From Leucoraja erinacea (Eukaryota): DNA of 64,000 nucleotides. Below are positions 24,301 to 39,300 of the stretch, piece by piece. The stretch lies in contig NC_073388.1 of NCBI RefSeq assembly GCF_028641065.1, positions 22,878,001 to 22,942,000 on the forward strand. The letters run 5' to 3'. The notes beneath the pieces are model-generated. The model was not told where the DNA came from, did not search any database, and worked only from the letters and a program-made list of their open reading frames with translations. Position 1 is the stretch's first letter. Each line of letters opens with the position of its first letter. A program made the position numbers and the translations under genes.

Positions 24301-27300
24301 TACACAAATAAAGGATAAGGGTACAACATTCAGGGTAAGATATAAGTAGATATATGCAGTTGTACAGGGTCTTGGTGCAGTTGTACAGGGTCTTGGTGAG
24401 AGGGAGTTAGATGTGGCTTGTGGCTAAAGGGATCAGGGGGTATGGAGAGAAGGCAGGTACAGGATACTGAGTTGGATGATCAGCCATGATCATATTGAAT
24501 GGCGGTGCAGGCTCGAAGGGCCGAATGGCCTACTCCTGCACCTATTTTCTATGTTTCTATGTTTCTATAACAATGAAGTCCGCTTAAAGATAATTCAAAG
24601 TTCTTAGTGCAAAAGGCTTAGACGGGGCAGAATTTCTTAGGTGTATCCAAAAGGGTTTCCGAAAAATGTATGTGGACAGTCCAACTTGAGGAGGGACCAT
24701 GCTGGACCTGGCATTGGGAAACATGCCTCGCCAACTGACTGGTGTTTCAGTGGAAGGGCACTTTGGGGATAGTGATCACAATTCCATAATTTTTAAGATT
24801 GTTTTGAATAGGGATAAATTTGGACCTTGGGGAAGGTGCCTCAGAATCATTTTCAATAAGTTCCCTACTACCTATGTAAAGCTTGCCTACCTCTGGTTTC
24901 AGGCTTAACCTTACTGCCCTTTCTGAATGAGTGGACAACATTAGAGATCTACCAGTCTTCTGGTAACTCACCCGAGCCAAACGAAGATGCAAAAGCCTCT
25001 GTCAGAACCCCAGTCATCTCTTCCCTTATGATTTTGCAATAATTGCACTAAAATTTATATCTATTTTGTAACAAATAAAGTAGTACGGTATCACGACATT
25101 GAGCATAAAATTATCTTCAACAAAACCCTATATACTCTACAAAAAGTGACAGTGGGAAGAACAGTGAATGATCACTGGTCTTCTCTAGTCGGAACCACAA
25201 CAGGAGGAATGGCAACAATTGCATAAAGCAATGAGCTTCAGGTAGCAAGACCTCAAAAGGGACAAGGAGCCAAAGCTGGTTGAAAACAGCTTCGCAACTT
25301 GCTCAATAGAAGAAACCATCTAGAGCAAGCTTTAATGCACAGCAGCAAGGAATCAAATTGAAACGTCACAAGAGGAGGAAGCTCCAGTGAATGTTGTGAA
25401 CTCTCTGGTGAAGGGGAAATTAATATAATTGATAAAGAATCAAAATAGGGCTAAATTTTAAGCAAAAATGCTATTTTTTATACTTCCAAAATCATACCTG
25501 ACAGGACAATTCAGTGCTGAATAAAACATGATAGAACTATAACAAGAGTCCTCAAAAACCTGCAGATCTTAATAATTGCATTGGATTGCAACAGGAAACC
25601 TCCTAACTCTTTTAGCAGCAGTATGTTGAGCTACAGGTTTTTGTATTTCAAAATCGTGTCTTCGTTTTTTTGTACAAACGCCACATTAAACAGGCAACAT
25701 GAGCACACACAAATAGTATGAACCTGACTACTAATAACATTTTCATGTCATTTTTGCAAGTGACAAAACATACTGAAGTAATAATGTACAGTCATTTACT
25801 TTCTTAATACCCACACAACTATATAAAAATGTACAGTAACATGGAACGATTTAAACGCACCATAGGTTTTGTAGGAACTTTCAAGTCTGCCTTTTCTTGA
25901 ACCACTGCAAAATCAGGGGCTAATGCACATTCACCTGGAAATAAACAAATTTCAAGTCTTTAACAAAACTTAGCTACTTTTAAGAACTTTTAAGAACTTT
26001 TATGAATTAGTTAGAATTTTCAGGTCATCCCAAAATAAAGATTTCCTATGGAATTTTCAGATGGATTCTCTAAGGCAATCAAGAGGAGTGTGGATCTAAA
26101 AAGGCTAATGCTTGAAATGGAATTCCCAGTTGTCCAATATGCAGTTCCACAAATGTAGAATAGGATCTGATATAAAGAATAAACATTTAAATTGCATGGC
26201 CACAAATGCTAGAAGTCAAGGAATGGACACAGTCATTCAAATGTAAGTATATTTTAGCTTTTTTTTTTTCCCAGCTTGCATTCGGTTTATCAGAAGCGTT
26301 TGTGCCTTTTGAGACAAAAGATCACAAGGGCATAAGAGTCTGATTAGGTATCTTTGAATTGTTGAGAATGGAAAAAATGACTGTTCCACAGTAAATGAGG
26401 GAACAGAAGTATATTAGGTGGTGGAAAATCTATCTAACCAGCTCAACGTGAGGTAATTCTTAACCATCAAGAAAAGACAATGGCCCAAGAATTTTTGCAA
26501 GAGTAGTGCAAAACATTCAATTAATAACTAACAAATGTTCTGAGAATTAAGTTGGAAAAATAATCTTTGTTACTTAACTATCCCCATAAAACTACCTTTC
26601 TGAATAATTCAAAGGTGCATTAAAATAAATGACTAGTTTAAATCCTCTCTAAGGGAGTCACTGAAAATGTGTGTTGCAGGATTTATTTCACGGGTAATAA
26701 ATCTCTGTGTCGATGTCAACAAAAAAAAAACATCGGTGCAAAATACATGATTCAGTTGAGCTATTGGTAAGCAAATCGAAATCCAAACTGAGCAAATCCA
26801 AACATTATAAAGCAACATGAGTAAAGCTTTATGCTTTTCCAACTCGGATGTCCCACGTAATCATGCAATTTCACCAGAAAATGAAAGGAAGATTTCTTGG
26901 TTTCGGCAAACAAGAAATGTATTCTGTCTATTGCCATTATTTTACCTCTGGATAGGCGGGCCCATTTCTCATCCAAACATCTTGGGTCGGGTTTCTTCAC
27001 TTTTTTCACTTTTTGGGAATTTTAAGAAAAAGATAAGTTAGAGGATCTGCAACTTCATAAAAGATTGGTGAAATATAATACACATAATACATATTTAGCA
27101 TCATTTTCCCTAATGCAATCCATCAGATGAACACTGTTCCCAAGCAGCTCATCAAACAGAGTTTGCCAGAATTCTTCTTGTCACAACTTCTTTCAGTTAC
27201 TCCAAGGTCTAGCTCTAGAAAAAAACAGCTTGATCTCACTGGCACCAATTTATATAACATTTTTTAAAGACTGTTTTGTACTCGGTTTCCATCGGGTATC

Positions 27301-30300
27301 TTCTCCACTATTGATGTAAATTTCCAGCAACATCTTACTTGTTGCTGTAAGACAATACAGAAAGAGGCTCTTCAGCCCTTCGGGTGGGTCAAGGAAAGAG
27401 CGTTCACGTCGCGGCCTTGTTTCCACCAATCTTTCCACCACCGCGTACAAGAAGCGCAAGATGAACACCATTGGATGCAGATGCCGAGAAGTGCGTTCAG
27501 CTCTGGCTGAACAACTTCTAATCTTGTGTGTGGACTCGATAAGAAGAATAATCCCTTTGGGTCCAAGACAGTTACCAGCAGAGCAATCCTGTCAGTCCTA
27601 TTTCCCCTCTTCTTGTTTCCATAGTGCTTACATAGATAGATAGATAGATAGCCTTTATTGTCATTCAGACTGAAGTCTGAACGAAATTTCAGCAGTCATA
27701 CATATAATACAATAAAAATAACAAAAACAACAATAAACACACATTAACATCCACCACAGTGAGTCCACCCAACATCTCCTCACTGTGATGGAGGCAAAAG
27801 TCTTAGGTCTGCAGTCTCTTTTCTCCTCTTCTCCCTCTGCGCTGAGGCGATACCCCCCCCCGGGCGATGTTATAAATCAGTCCCGCGGCTCAAACACCGC
27901 GGCCCGGGGTGGTCGAAGCTGCCGCCCACCAGTCCTGCAAACGCAGCCGCTGGCCCACAGCCGAACCCCGGACTCAGGCCACCACCGCCAGAACGCCGTC
28001 CCAGCCACCCTCACGTGAGTACCGTACCGTCTTCAGCCTCGGGCTGGGCCGCCCCGACATGGGCACTGAACCTCCCCTGGGCCGGGCTGCCCCGACTTGG
28101 GCGCCGCACCTCCCCGAGCTCGGCCGCTCCGACGGGAGCCTCGTTCCACCCTCGGGCTGGCCGCCCTCACGGAAGCGTCACAACCTCTCACGGGAGCACT
28201 GTTCCAGCCCTGAGCCGGACCGCCCTCACGGGAGCGAGTTCAGGGCGAGTCCTGACGGGCTCTGCCTCCGGAGCCTCGAGGTCGCCAGCTCCATTAGGCC
28301 TCAACTAAGACGGAGGCAGAGAAGGAGAATACGACCAAAAAGTCGCATTTCCCCCGCAAGGAGAGACCGCAAACCCCGTTACTAGACTAACCAAAACGAA
28401 AATAAACAACACAAAACACACAAACAAACAGGACTGCCGATGAGCCACCGCTGCCAGTGCAGCGCCGCGCCGCCACTCCGAACATGCAGAGTACGTGTTT
28501 GATTACTTTGGAAAATCCCCTTCAACAAGTAGCTCCCATACTCTATTTTTTGCATTCCTGTATCTAATCGTAACGGAAAATATCATGCTGAAAAGTGGAA
28601 ATTTACCAGAGATTGTGTTCATGTTTGTCATGCAAGTTACTTGTTGAGCAGATAAAGAGTGAAAACATTTTCTTCACCCTAAATATTCAACCCTTCCAAT
28701 ACTGGCACAACATAACTGCTGAGAGAAACAATCCACAATGGGTTTAGCTTAGTTTAGAGATACAGCATGGCAACAGGCACTTCGGCCCATGAACAGAAGT
28801 ATAAAGACAACAGATACATGAGAAGTCTACAATTACAAGCTCCCTTGCAAGTCACACACCCGTGAGCTGGAAATGTATCACCATGCCTTCATCATTTGGG
28901 GTGGCTCCGTGGTGGCACAGTTGTGCTGCGGTGGAGTTGCAGTCTTACAGTGCTAGAAACCTGGGTTTGATCCTGACCTTGAGTGTTGCCTGTATGGAGT
29001 ATGTATGGTCTCCCTGTGCTCCAGTTTCCTCCCACATCCCAAAACGTGCAGGTTTTTAGGTTAATTGACTAATTCTACAAATTGTCCCCTATGTGCAGAT
29101 TAGAAATGATGTACAGATGATCACTGGTCTGTGTGCACTCAGTGGGCAGAGGGGCCTGTTTCCACACTGTATCTCTGACTAAACTAATCACTGAGGTCAA
29201 ATATTGGAACTCACAATCAAGTGGAATTGTGGGAGAACTTTCACAACATGGATTTAATTATTCAGCCTCCTGTCACTTTCCCACGACAAGTTGTGTGCAA
29301 GAAACTACTGGATTGTGGTAAAAACCCTTCGGATTCACAAATATTCTTCAGGAAATGAAACTGCCAATGCTAGCCTTTGCCTAGTGAAGTAACATAGCAA
29401 AGCACTCAATTCAAGCAGCATTTTGGGAAGGACAATAACTGCTGACTTTAAACCTCAGTTGTATGCTGTGAAGAAATAAAAACAAAATTGGGGTGGGTTG
29501 GTATTGTCCTCATAAGCATTAAGAGAGGAGAAGTAAATCGAATTAGTTACCTCTTTTAACCCTGGGTTCACCATCTCCACGGTCACGAACTTCTCCTCTG
29601 CATCGATCGTACTGCTCTTGTCGCTCAATAAACTCACGGAGTTTTTGAATTTGGTGGTCCATTTTCTTTTCAAATGATTCTTGCCTCTATCAAAATAAAA
29701 TATACCACCATAGATAATTCCTTCAGACAGATATGTGATACAGCTACTGAATAGCATGATAATATCTAAATTTTCCAAATATCCTGACTCGTGTTTAAAA
29801 TGCGCTCTCATAATTAATACAACACCAAATTAATAGCACTTAAAAACAATGAGCACCAGTGATAAATCAGACCAATTCATAACGAGTTGGTCTCCATTCG
29901 TCGTTTTTTTGGAATCATATGGTGCAACACAATTGTAAAAAATAACTGTTTCAGGACTGGACGAGGGTTGGTCAAGACTATAAATAATAATCTCCTTTTC
30001 TTTTCACTATTTTCTCTCCCAACTTTCTTCATTTACTCGTTTTCTTTCTTCACACACTATATATTTCACATTTTTCTATCCTTTACTATCTAACTTCTTT
30101 TTCTTATTCTCATCTTTTTTCAATGTAACAAAAAAAAAAGAAGTTGTACATAAAATGTATTATGAAAATATATATTAGGCACTTTGGTGCCAAAAAAAAA
30201 ACAAAAAAAAAAAAACAATGAGCACATCCCGGCCCCAATCTCCCACCACTGGCGCTGCCGTGCAGTAAGTTGCCATCTTGTGTATAAACACTTATTTTCA

Positions 30301-33300
30301 AAACTTTGACAATACTATGGATCAGAAAAACTTTCCATCCTTAAACTTAAGGCTTAAGAAGCCGAGCCCATCCACCAAAAACATACCCTTCTCGCCCTAT
30401 CTTCCTTAGCTTTTCTTCTTCTCTTTTCCAGATTAAACTCACTCTTTACATCTTCTTCAAGTCGCATCAAAACTGACCTCTCCTTTATATTCAGCTCCTG
30501 ATTAAAACAAAAACAGAAATTAGTGGTAACATTTGAATCCCTGGTGCACATGCTCATCTCTGATTCAATTGCTGATAGGTAGAAAAGAAACAAAAGTTGA
30601 ACCCGGGAGAAATCAGGAGCTCAACAATTTTTGAATGGTGGTTGTTGGAATTTTAAAAAATCGGGAAACTAGAAATGGCTAAACTGCGGCGAGTCAGATT
30701 GGCGAGCAGGAAGAGGTGGATCGTGCAAGTCAGGGTGTCATGGCTCAGGGGATTGAGGGCTCAAGTACTTTGGGAAGATCAGAAAATGATATTGCAGTAC
30801 CGAAGTTGTGCTGACGGATGAAATTAAGTCAATAGCAGACCTTGCAAGCATCTTAGATCAGGGTGGCTTTGGGAAAGCAAGTTTGTCTAGGAATGTGCAA
30901 TGACAGGCATTTCCAGGACAAAATGGGCCAAGATCTCATGCAATGCTGCAGAAAGACCATTGGATGGAGAATATTGTTATTCCATTTGCCTTGATGAAGA
31001 AATCAGGTCATCGGCTCAATGACTTGATACTAGCTCAATACACACTGATCCAATCAATCACATTATCTTACTCTTTCTCTCCTGCTCTATAAATTATATC
31101 CTTCAAAGTCCCTTCCAAAAGTTTAAATTAATTTGCTTCAATGACTCGAACAAGCAAAGAATCCCACAATATGTTCCCATGAGAATACAGAATACAGCCT
31201 GTTCAATTTCCTATTGAATTATTAATTCATTTTACAGTACTTTACAGTACAGGGAAAGGATATCATCCACAGACACCATGCATTAGTGAAAGGACTTGCA
31301 AAATTTAGAGTAAAGAATGTATGAACAGAAATAATGGCACTAAAGAGAGTCTAGAATCTAAAGCGTCAGATTGTTTCCATCGCAGACTCTTAAAGTAGGT
31401 GAGTACATTGCAAACAATCCAAGATTAAATCTCCATATCCTCCAAAGTTTTCTCAATTTAGGCAACAGTCACTTAGACTGAAAAAAAAAATGCACCTCAA
31501 TTTAACATAACAGAAATGTGTGAGAAACAAAAAATGGGGAACTATAAACCAGTTAACCTTACATTTATTGTTGGGTAAAATGACATGAATCTCTAATGAA
31601 GTGACAAAATGCCTTGACATTTTTCAGTTGATTGAAGGCAACTACTATTTTCAGTTGATTTAAGGCAACTATCAAAGGCCACAAATAAAAAAAATCAATC
31701 AGATTTTTTTAAAGAGGTAACTAAAGTTAACAAGGAAATATCAATTGAAATGGTTTATGTGAGCGTTTAGATGGCATTTGATCAAATCTCTCATGAAAGA
31801 CTGCTAAAGTTGGAGTCATGGAATTTAAGTTGAATTATAGAACAATTGGGGAATTGGCAGACCTCGACTGGAAATGGACAGGTACTCAAATACTCAAGGA
31901 AACTGTGGTGAGGCAAATATTTACTCGATTTATAATTATTTCGATGATGGAACATCTGAGCGGCACAGGGCACAATGGTAGAGATGCTGCCTTACAGTGC
32001 CAGAGACCCAGGTTCGATGCTGACTACAGGTGTTGTCTGTGCGGAGTTTGTATGTTCGCCCTGTGACCACGTGGGTTTTCTCTAGGTGCTCTGGTCTCCT
32101 CCCACAATCCAAAGATGTGCAGATTTGTAGGTTACAGTAATTGGCTTTGATAAAATTGTAAATCGCCCCTAGTGTGTAGGATAGTCCTAGTGTACGGGGT
32201 GAGCGCTGGTCGGCACGGACTTGACGGGCCGAACGACCTGTTTCTGCGTTGTATTTCTAAAGACTAAATAGAAAATTTCATATTGAAATTCACTGATTAC
32301 ACTGACAGGCAAACCAGTGAGCATTGCATGTAGATTGAAGCGTTAAATTACAAAAAATATTGTTCACTTTGCAACATCACCATTGATCAATCTTCACTGA
32401 TTTCTCAACTTGTTGCTACCCTTTGACAGCACCACTCAGAAATTGAACACCAATTTCCACGTGTAAACTGGTGATTCTTAGCTTTCCCTCGCCACTAATT
32501 CTCTTTATCGAAATTTCAGCCAAATAAATAATAGAAAGACCAAACCTATCATCTTCAGTTTCTGTGACAAATTCTATTCCACAAACACTCACTCCACCCT
32601 CTTCCTCACAACTCCCTGAATTGATGCAGAATCTTCACAGCTGTCGTATTGTATCTGATCCAGATTTTAAACCACATTGCATCATTTTTCAGACCCAAAA
32701 CTCTGCCGCCCATCTCCTACCTTGCATTCTCTTTCATTATCGAAATGGTGCCAGATTATCAAAATAAAAGTTTGCATTCACTTCATAACTGACCATATAA
32801 TTGACCAATCCTCCCATCCTATACACTCCACATATCTTCAGTTTCTGTGACAAACTCCAAGCCTCTCACTATTCCACAAACCTTTCTCAACTTCACTATA
32901 AAATATTTTTACCTAGATCTCTTATCTGATCTGATATCTCCTTATTTTGGCAGTATCAATGGTCCCTGAATGTGATGCAGAATCTTGTTTTTGTGGTGGT
33001 ATTGCACAAAACAACGGAAGGACAATCAGTATTCTTGTATCTGATCCAGCATTGGTTAAAAGTCTTGCATTGCCATCATCACAGTTTTCAGATCAAGGAA
33101 CAGAGGTCCACAGTCTCCATGAGGAGTCAAACAGAGGAGAGGGGAGGAACAGTCCACTTATCCGCTGGTGATTCGAGATACCAGCCTGCAAAGTCAGCCT
33201 TGGAAGTCAGCTATTGGAACGGATCTGCCGGCTATGGGCCGGAGTTCCAGAACCCCAGCTGCAGGGGTTCAAGTGCGCTCTTGTAATTTTGTGCAGATTA

Positions 33301-36300
33301 AAGGAGGTTCCCAGACCTCTAGTTGCTGGAAAATCAGTAATATAGTCCATTAAAGTCTCATACAACTCTTTTCAAACCCCTGATACAGAGAGCAATTCTA
33401 GATACCACAACCTTGATATAGGTGTCAAATTGTGAGGCAAAAAACAATTGGCACTATATTCATTGAAGTCTAGAGGCGGTGGCACAGTGATATACTGAGT
33501 AGAGCTGCTGACTCACAACTACGGCAGTCCAGGTTTTCCTCTGACACTGAGCGGATGCATAGACTTTGCATATTCTGCTTGTAACCACATGCATTTCCTC
33601 CTTATATGCAGGTTACATCTCATCCCAAATTCTAGGAAAATTGGCTGCTGTAAAATATGATGGGGAGTTGAGCAGAGATGTGGAAAATAAAATTGGATTA
33701 GTGATGTATTTGTACAACTGAGTGTTTGATGGTTTGGACACTCAGTGGGGCCTGTTTCTGTGCTGTATGACATTGGCTCGATTGCAAGGTAATCCAATTT
33801 GTGATCGCGAGTGGGCTTGGTATCTTAGATATTGGAAGTTTCATGGAGAACCTAAAACCAGGTGACAATCTTTTCGGAATAAGTTTTGCATTTCCAATGA
33901 AGATGAGCAGGGATTTTCTCTCTCAGAAATCGGGAATCTTTGGTGTTCTGAATTGCAAAACATTGTGATGTGTTTAATTAAATATATTAATGGCAGAGAT
34001 AGCCAGACTTTTGACAATAGGGGGGGTCCAACTCAAGAACAGGCAAGATTTGAACCATGAATTATTTTTATTCCCACCTCTTGTTGAATTTGATGTACCA
34101 ATTCTTTTGAACCTTGTGTTGCATCTTTGGTTCCGGCTGCCAGAACAGCACAGCATTTCTGTTCTTTTATCAAGTCCTTGATGTTTTCTTCTGTTTCGAT
34201 CATTTTGAAAAACCTTTTGGGAAAATAAATCCGATTAATGTATGCAAAGAAATAAGCTGCCCTTCAGTAAGATGTTCCAAATCATTTCACAATCATTCAT
34301 TTTAGCGTATAGAAACATGAAACTGCAGATGCGGGTTTACAAAAAAAGACACAAATGCTGGAGTAACCCAGCTGGTGCCAAGCAACATCTCTGGAGGGAT
34401 GTTTCCTCCGTAGAGATAAGCCCACATTGAATTGCTTAGCTAATTAAGAAGTTATAGCCATCCAGGTGGGTGTGGCAGGTTGAAAAGCAGCTGGAGGCAT
34501 CACCACCCAGTTCTCCCCTGCATTCTTGCACAATTTTGGACAAGCAAACAGAGTAAAACCCATCTGTAGCTCTGTAAATATTTCTAACTTAGAAATGACT
34601 GATTTAATAACAAATGCCATCATCAAGGATCAGATTGCCTGCTCCTGCCCCTGCTTAACCAAGCGAGAACATCCCTTCCTAAACCAGAGCTAATTGTAGT
34701 GCCTTTCATTAATTTCTGAAAGTTCTGAAAGTTGACAGAGAATAGCATCAACATCAAGAATAGCAATAATAGAAAACAAATTAACAACTCTTTTTATAAC
34801 ACCAAAATAACAATTTGTTATAGTGGCTTCTGCAATCTAATATTAATATTTCTTTGTCAAAGTTCTGCACCTTTTTCTTCAACTTTAGGCTGTGCACGCC
34901 ATACGCAAGAACCCTTTTCTTTGCATTCGGGAAAGAATTCTAAAACAGCGTATAAGAAAATTAGTTTTTGGTGCTAATGGTGGAGCAAAGGAGTATGATG
35001 TGAGGAAGTCTACACGGCATGCAATTGTGGTATCCAGGGATGTTACAGCAAGATGAAGCACCAAGGTCATTGAAGTTGATGCTTTAGAGACTGGTGATCC
35101 ACTGCTTGTCACTGTAGAAAGAATAAAAGGTAAGTCTTATCTAATGTGGGGAGCAGTTATTTGACCGAGGGTAAATAGTGTTAGCCAACCATGAAAATAT
35201 TTGAGTAGTCAAGCTAGGAAATGATAGTATATCCAAAATGGTCTCAGCAATCGTTGGATTGTGGATGCCAGGGACACAGCTGAAATTAGGCAGACATTGA
35301 TAAATCACAAATAATCTCAGTGGTTCAGTTCCATGACACCTTAGAAGACAGTCTTAAATGTGACAACAAATTCAAATCTGTGTAGAAAATTACATAACAT
35401 TTCCTCAAAGCTGCAAGTTAATTGAACAGCTTCCATGTTGCAATGATATTCTGATATCCTTTCAAGTTAGAGCATATTCTGGCTTTCACTGGATGATTTC
35501 ATAACTCTGTACCCTCCACCTCAAAATCTTTCTTGAAACTTTTCTATTTAGCTCCTGCTCCTCCTTTTGCTCTGCTTCCCATGACGGCCTATTCTCTCAT
35601 CTTCAGTGATTTGTCCGCTCCATCATTCAAATAAATATATATATTTAAAAGAATTAAGTATTTCTACCTCTGAAAAGGGTACATCTTCATTTTTTTTAAC
35701 CACGTAACTGCTGATATTATACAACAATACTATTATGGTCTTATCAATGACTCAACATCTGAATGAAAACTTGGGAGAGATTGCGGTTCATTTCGAGTGG
35801 AATTGACATTGGACATGTTAGATTTATTATACATGCTTCAAAGGACATCATTTGGAAAAAACATCAACTCTGAAAGTCATTTAAAAGTGTACCTTTCCCT
35901 CAGAGCTTTTCTGCTTATATTTTTCTTGGATTCATTTGTGAGCCATTCCTGCAGATCAGAAAGGGTTACCCCCTGCGCGATACCTTGATCTTGAAGATTC
36001 AGTAATTGTTTCAGAAGAAGTCGCTTGAGATCCAAAATAGAAACAGTTATTTTCCTTTTTTTTTAATATAAATTCATTTGCTTCAAATTCAAACGATTGC
36101 TCACCTGTTCATGTGCATATTTTCTTTCAAAATCTAATCTGATACTGGCTAGGTAATCTCTATACTCATTAAATTCCTTCAAACTGCATATAATCTGAAA
36201 AAGAACAGAACAACAGCTAAATACAAGTAGGTTCCTCAGCTTTTATGGAGTTGCATTTATCATTAGTTAGGCAACAGCAAATAATCTTGATAACCAATCT

Positions 36301-39300
36301 TCCATTTCCATCCAATGACAAAAGGTTGTAAGGAACTAAAGAAAAAGACCATGTCATTAAGATGGAAATATGAGGAAGTTGCCAGGGCTGGGTTATTGGA
36401 AAGGTTGAGCAGGCTAAGATTTCATTCGTTGGAGCACAGGGGATGATTGTACAGAGGTGTAAAAAATCATGAAGGGAATAGTTAAGGTGAACGCAGAGGT
36501 ATTTTACCCAGGGTAGGGGCATCAAGAACCAAAGGACATAGGTTTAAAGTGGGAGGGGGGCAAATTGGATAGGAACCTGAGTAGCAACTTTGTCATTCAG
36601 AGGGTGATGAGTAAATGGAATGAGCTGCCTGAGGAGGTAGTTAAGACAGGTACTATAATAGGATTTAAGAGACACTTGGACAGGTACATGGACAGGAGAG
36701 GTTTAGAGGGATGTGGGACAAAACATAGGCACATGGGACTAGCTTGGCAGAAGCATCTTGTTTGGCATAGACGCGTTGAACCTAATGGCCTGTTTGACTC
36801 TATGATGATCACATTTTAAAAGATCATTTTCAAAGCTCCTATTATTGACTAATCAAACAAAATCCAATGGAACCTTCATTTTCAGATACATCATCAGATT
36901 GTAATTTATGTTGTAAATAAAGTGGTCATTTTAATAGTTCAAGCATTTAAAATGCAATTTCATCTATTTATCAGCAGTTTTATTTCATTGCCATTTTTAT
37001 TCCAAAAAATATAAACAGCCGATTTTTCACATCATTAAAATGTGAAGCTGCCACACTTTTGATAAGGACATTAGTGATATTTTTCAATGATTTGCAATGT
37101 TATTGAATTTATTGTATGTATGGCTAGATAATGCAGTAATGATTCTAAAGGAAATCAGATTAACTGTATTCCAAAATATATAAATTAGGATTAGTATTTT
37201 CATATGTCTGTGGCACTATACAATGCCTGTTCACATACAAATTAAAGCCTTTCCACGGCTGATAGAAATTATGGCAATTGTGAAAAGTCAATGGATAAAC
37301 TCATTTTATTTTTCATTCTTGGCCATTACTTTCTGCTGTAAAATTTGCAAAGGAATTTTGTAAGGTCTTGGTCTTGCCATTGCGTAAGCAATGCTGCAAG
37401 AGATAGTGAAGTAAATATCTCAATCCCAGTCCTCAGCTCCAGGAGATCAATGGGCCAGTAGAATGTAAAACAAATACAAAAGCTTTGAAAATAATTTTGT
37501 GTAGTTTAAGAAGTAAATGCATTGGACAACATCAAATCAGAAATTCTTCAAAGAACCAATGAAATACAGAATAAATAGTGTCCTAAATTGCATCTTTACA
37601 GGTACTGCAAAATATTGATGCTCTTATTTTTGCTTACGGCATCTTTAATTTGGGGATAATTACCAATTTCCTAAATAGATGTGCCAAAATAACTTGAATA
37701 ACTGTTTCATTCACTCTGCAGAGAATATTTCTCAGATAACGATGAAATAACGAGCCTGATGCAACAAAAAGTTTGGTCATTGTCACATTGTGATTTTGCA
37801 GAATGCAAATTGGCTAGCACATTCCCCACATTATTACAAAAGCACTTAATTGCTTGTACACACTTTCGAGCATTTCTAAAATCCTGAAGGGCAGACTTAA
37901 ATGAAAGTTTTTTGTTGTTTAATCTTAATGGAGAAAAGCTGCCTATTACAAAAATAAATAAATAATGATGTAAACAGCAGTAAAAGTACTGAAAAGCATA
38001 ATGGTTGAATTCTTAAACTCAGTAAATGTTTCATGACTTATTTGTTATCCCATTCAAAGACAAATATAATACAACTATAAAAATGAATATTTAACAACCA
38101 CAGATCACTGTGCACTTTATAAAACTATCACTTTAACAGTTGGAAAAATAAACTAGAATGAAAAAATAACAACAAGAAAACTGGCAATGTCTTACCTTGT
38201 TATTTTCTGTAATAAGCCCCTGATTTTTTAACTTTTTAAGGATATCTTTTCGCCTGTAATAATTATTCAAATAAGGATCATGAAGACTTTTGTAGTTCAG
38301 TTTCAGTAGGTGCAAATTGGGGTCTGTGAGGTTGAATTCACTCGAGGGTTGATGAAGCTGAACAAAATCATTTTTAAGAGTTAGGCAACTGGAACAATCG
38401 ATTTAGTGATGTACAACTTTGCTGATGTATAAAATGATGTACAGCCACTCCCCGACTTACATAGACATAAGGATCACATCTGGCAGAGCCTTGCATGTCA
38501 GATGTTACATGTCAGACACGGAAGTGCTGCTGTGTAGATTTACTTTTCGACACAGAGACCAAACAGGAGCTCCGACTTGGAGATCACATGGAAGCTCCCA
38601 CGCGGAGACCACATGGGAGCTCCGTACACAGGGACCATGTGGGAGCTCTGACCCAGAGACTACGTGGGAGATCTATGAGAATAACTAACTAGCTTGCGGA
38701 AACGTCCACATATGGCGGTAGTGGTGCAGTGTCACAGAGACTACCGAGAAGCACAACTCTTAAATAAAACTTAAATAAAATTTTCACACAGAGAGTGGTG
38801 AATCTCTGGATTTCTCTGCCACAGAGGGTAGTTGAGGCCAGTTCATTGGCTATATTTAAGAGGGAGTTAGATGTGGCCCTTGTGGCTAAGGGGATCAGGG
38901 GGTATGGAGAGAAGGCAGGTGGGATACTGAGTTGGATGATCAGCCATGATCATATTGAATGGCGGTGCAGGCTCGAAGGGCCGAATGGCCTACTCCTGCA
39001 CCTAATTTCTATGTTTCTATAAAACAGTGGGCCTAAAGAATTGCTTCCATAAGGGCGAGTTTACGTAAATTGCCTATTATGTAAGTCAGAGAGTGGCTGC
39101 ACAAATGCCTCATTTTAAATAACAGAGACAATAAGTTTATGGTTTCCCTGATATAACCAGTTATATCTTCAATTATAGTAATTGAAGAGCTCCTTGATGC
39201 TAGATAGGCAAACAGGATTCATTGTAATACTGCCTTTCGAATGGGAATCAAAATCATTTGAATCAAAATTGAGAATGATATTGAGACATTTAGAAGCTAG

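Noticed and set aside
27090-28563. Additional candidate FSIP2 exons (28563-28495, from 27344, from 27214)
   Set aside because: Plausible acceptors but weak or missing donors and no recognisable homology; cannot be supported without RNA data
35500-35630. Purine-rich stretch that looked like FSIP2 exon 6
   Set aside because: Stops in all frames and no suitable acceptor; 34213-34078 fits phase and motif better
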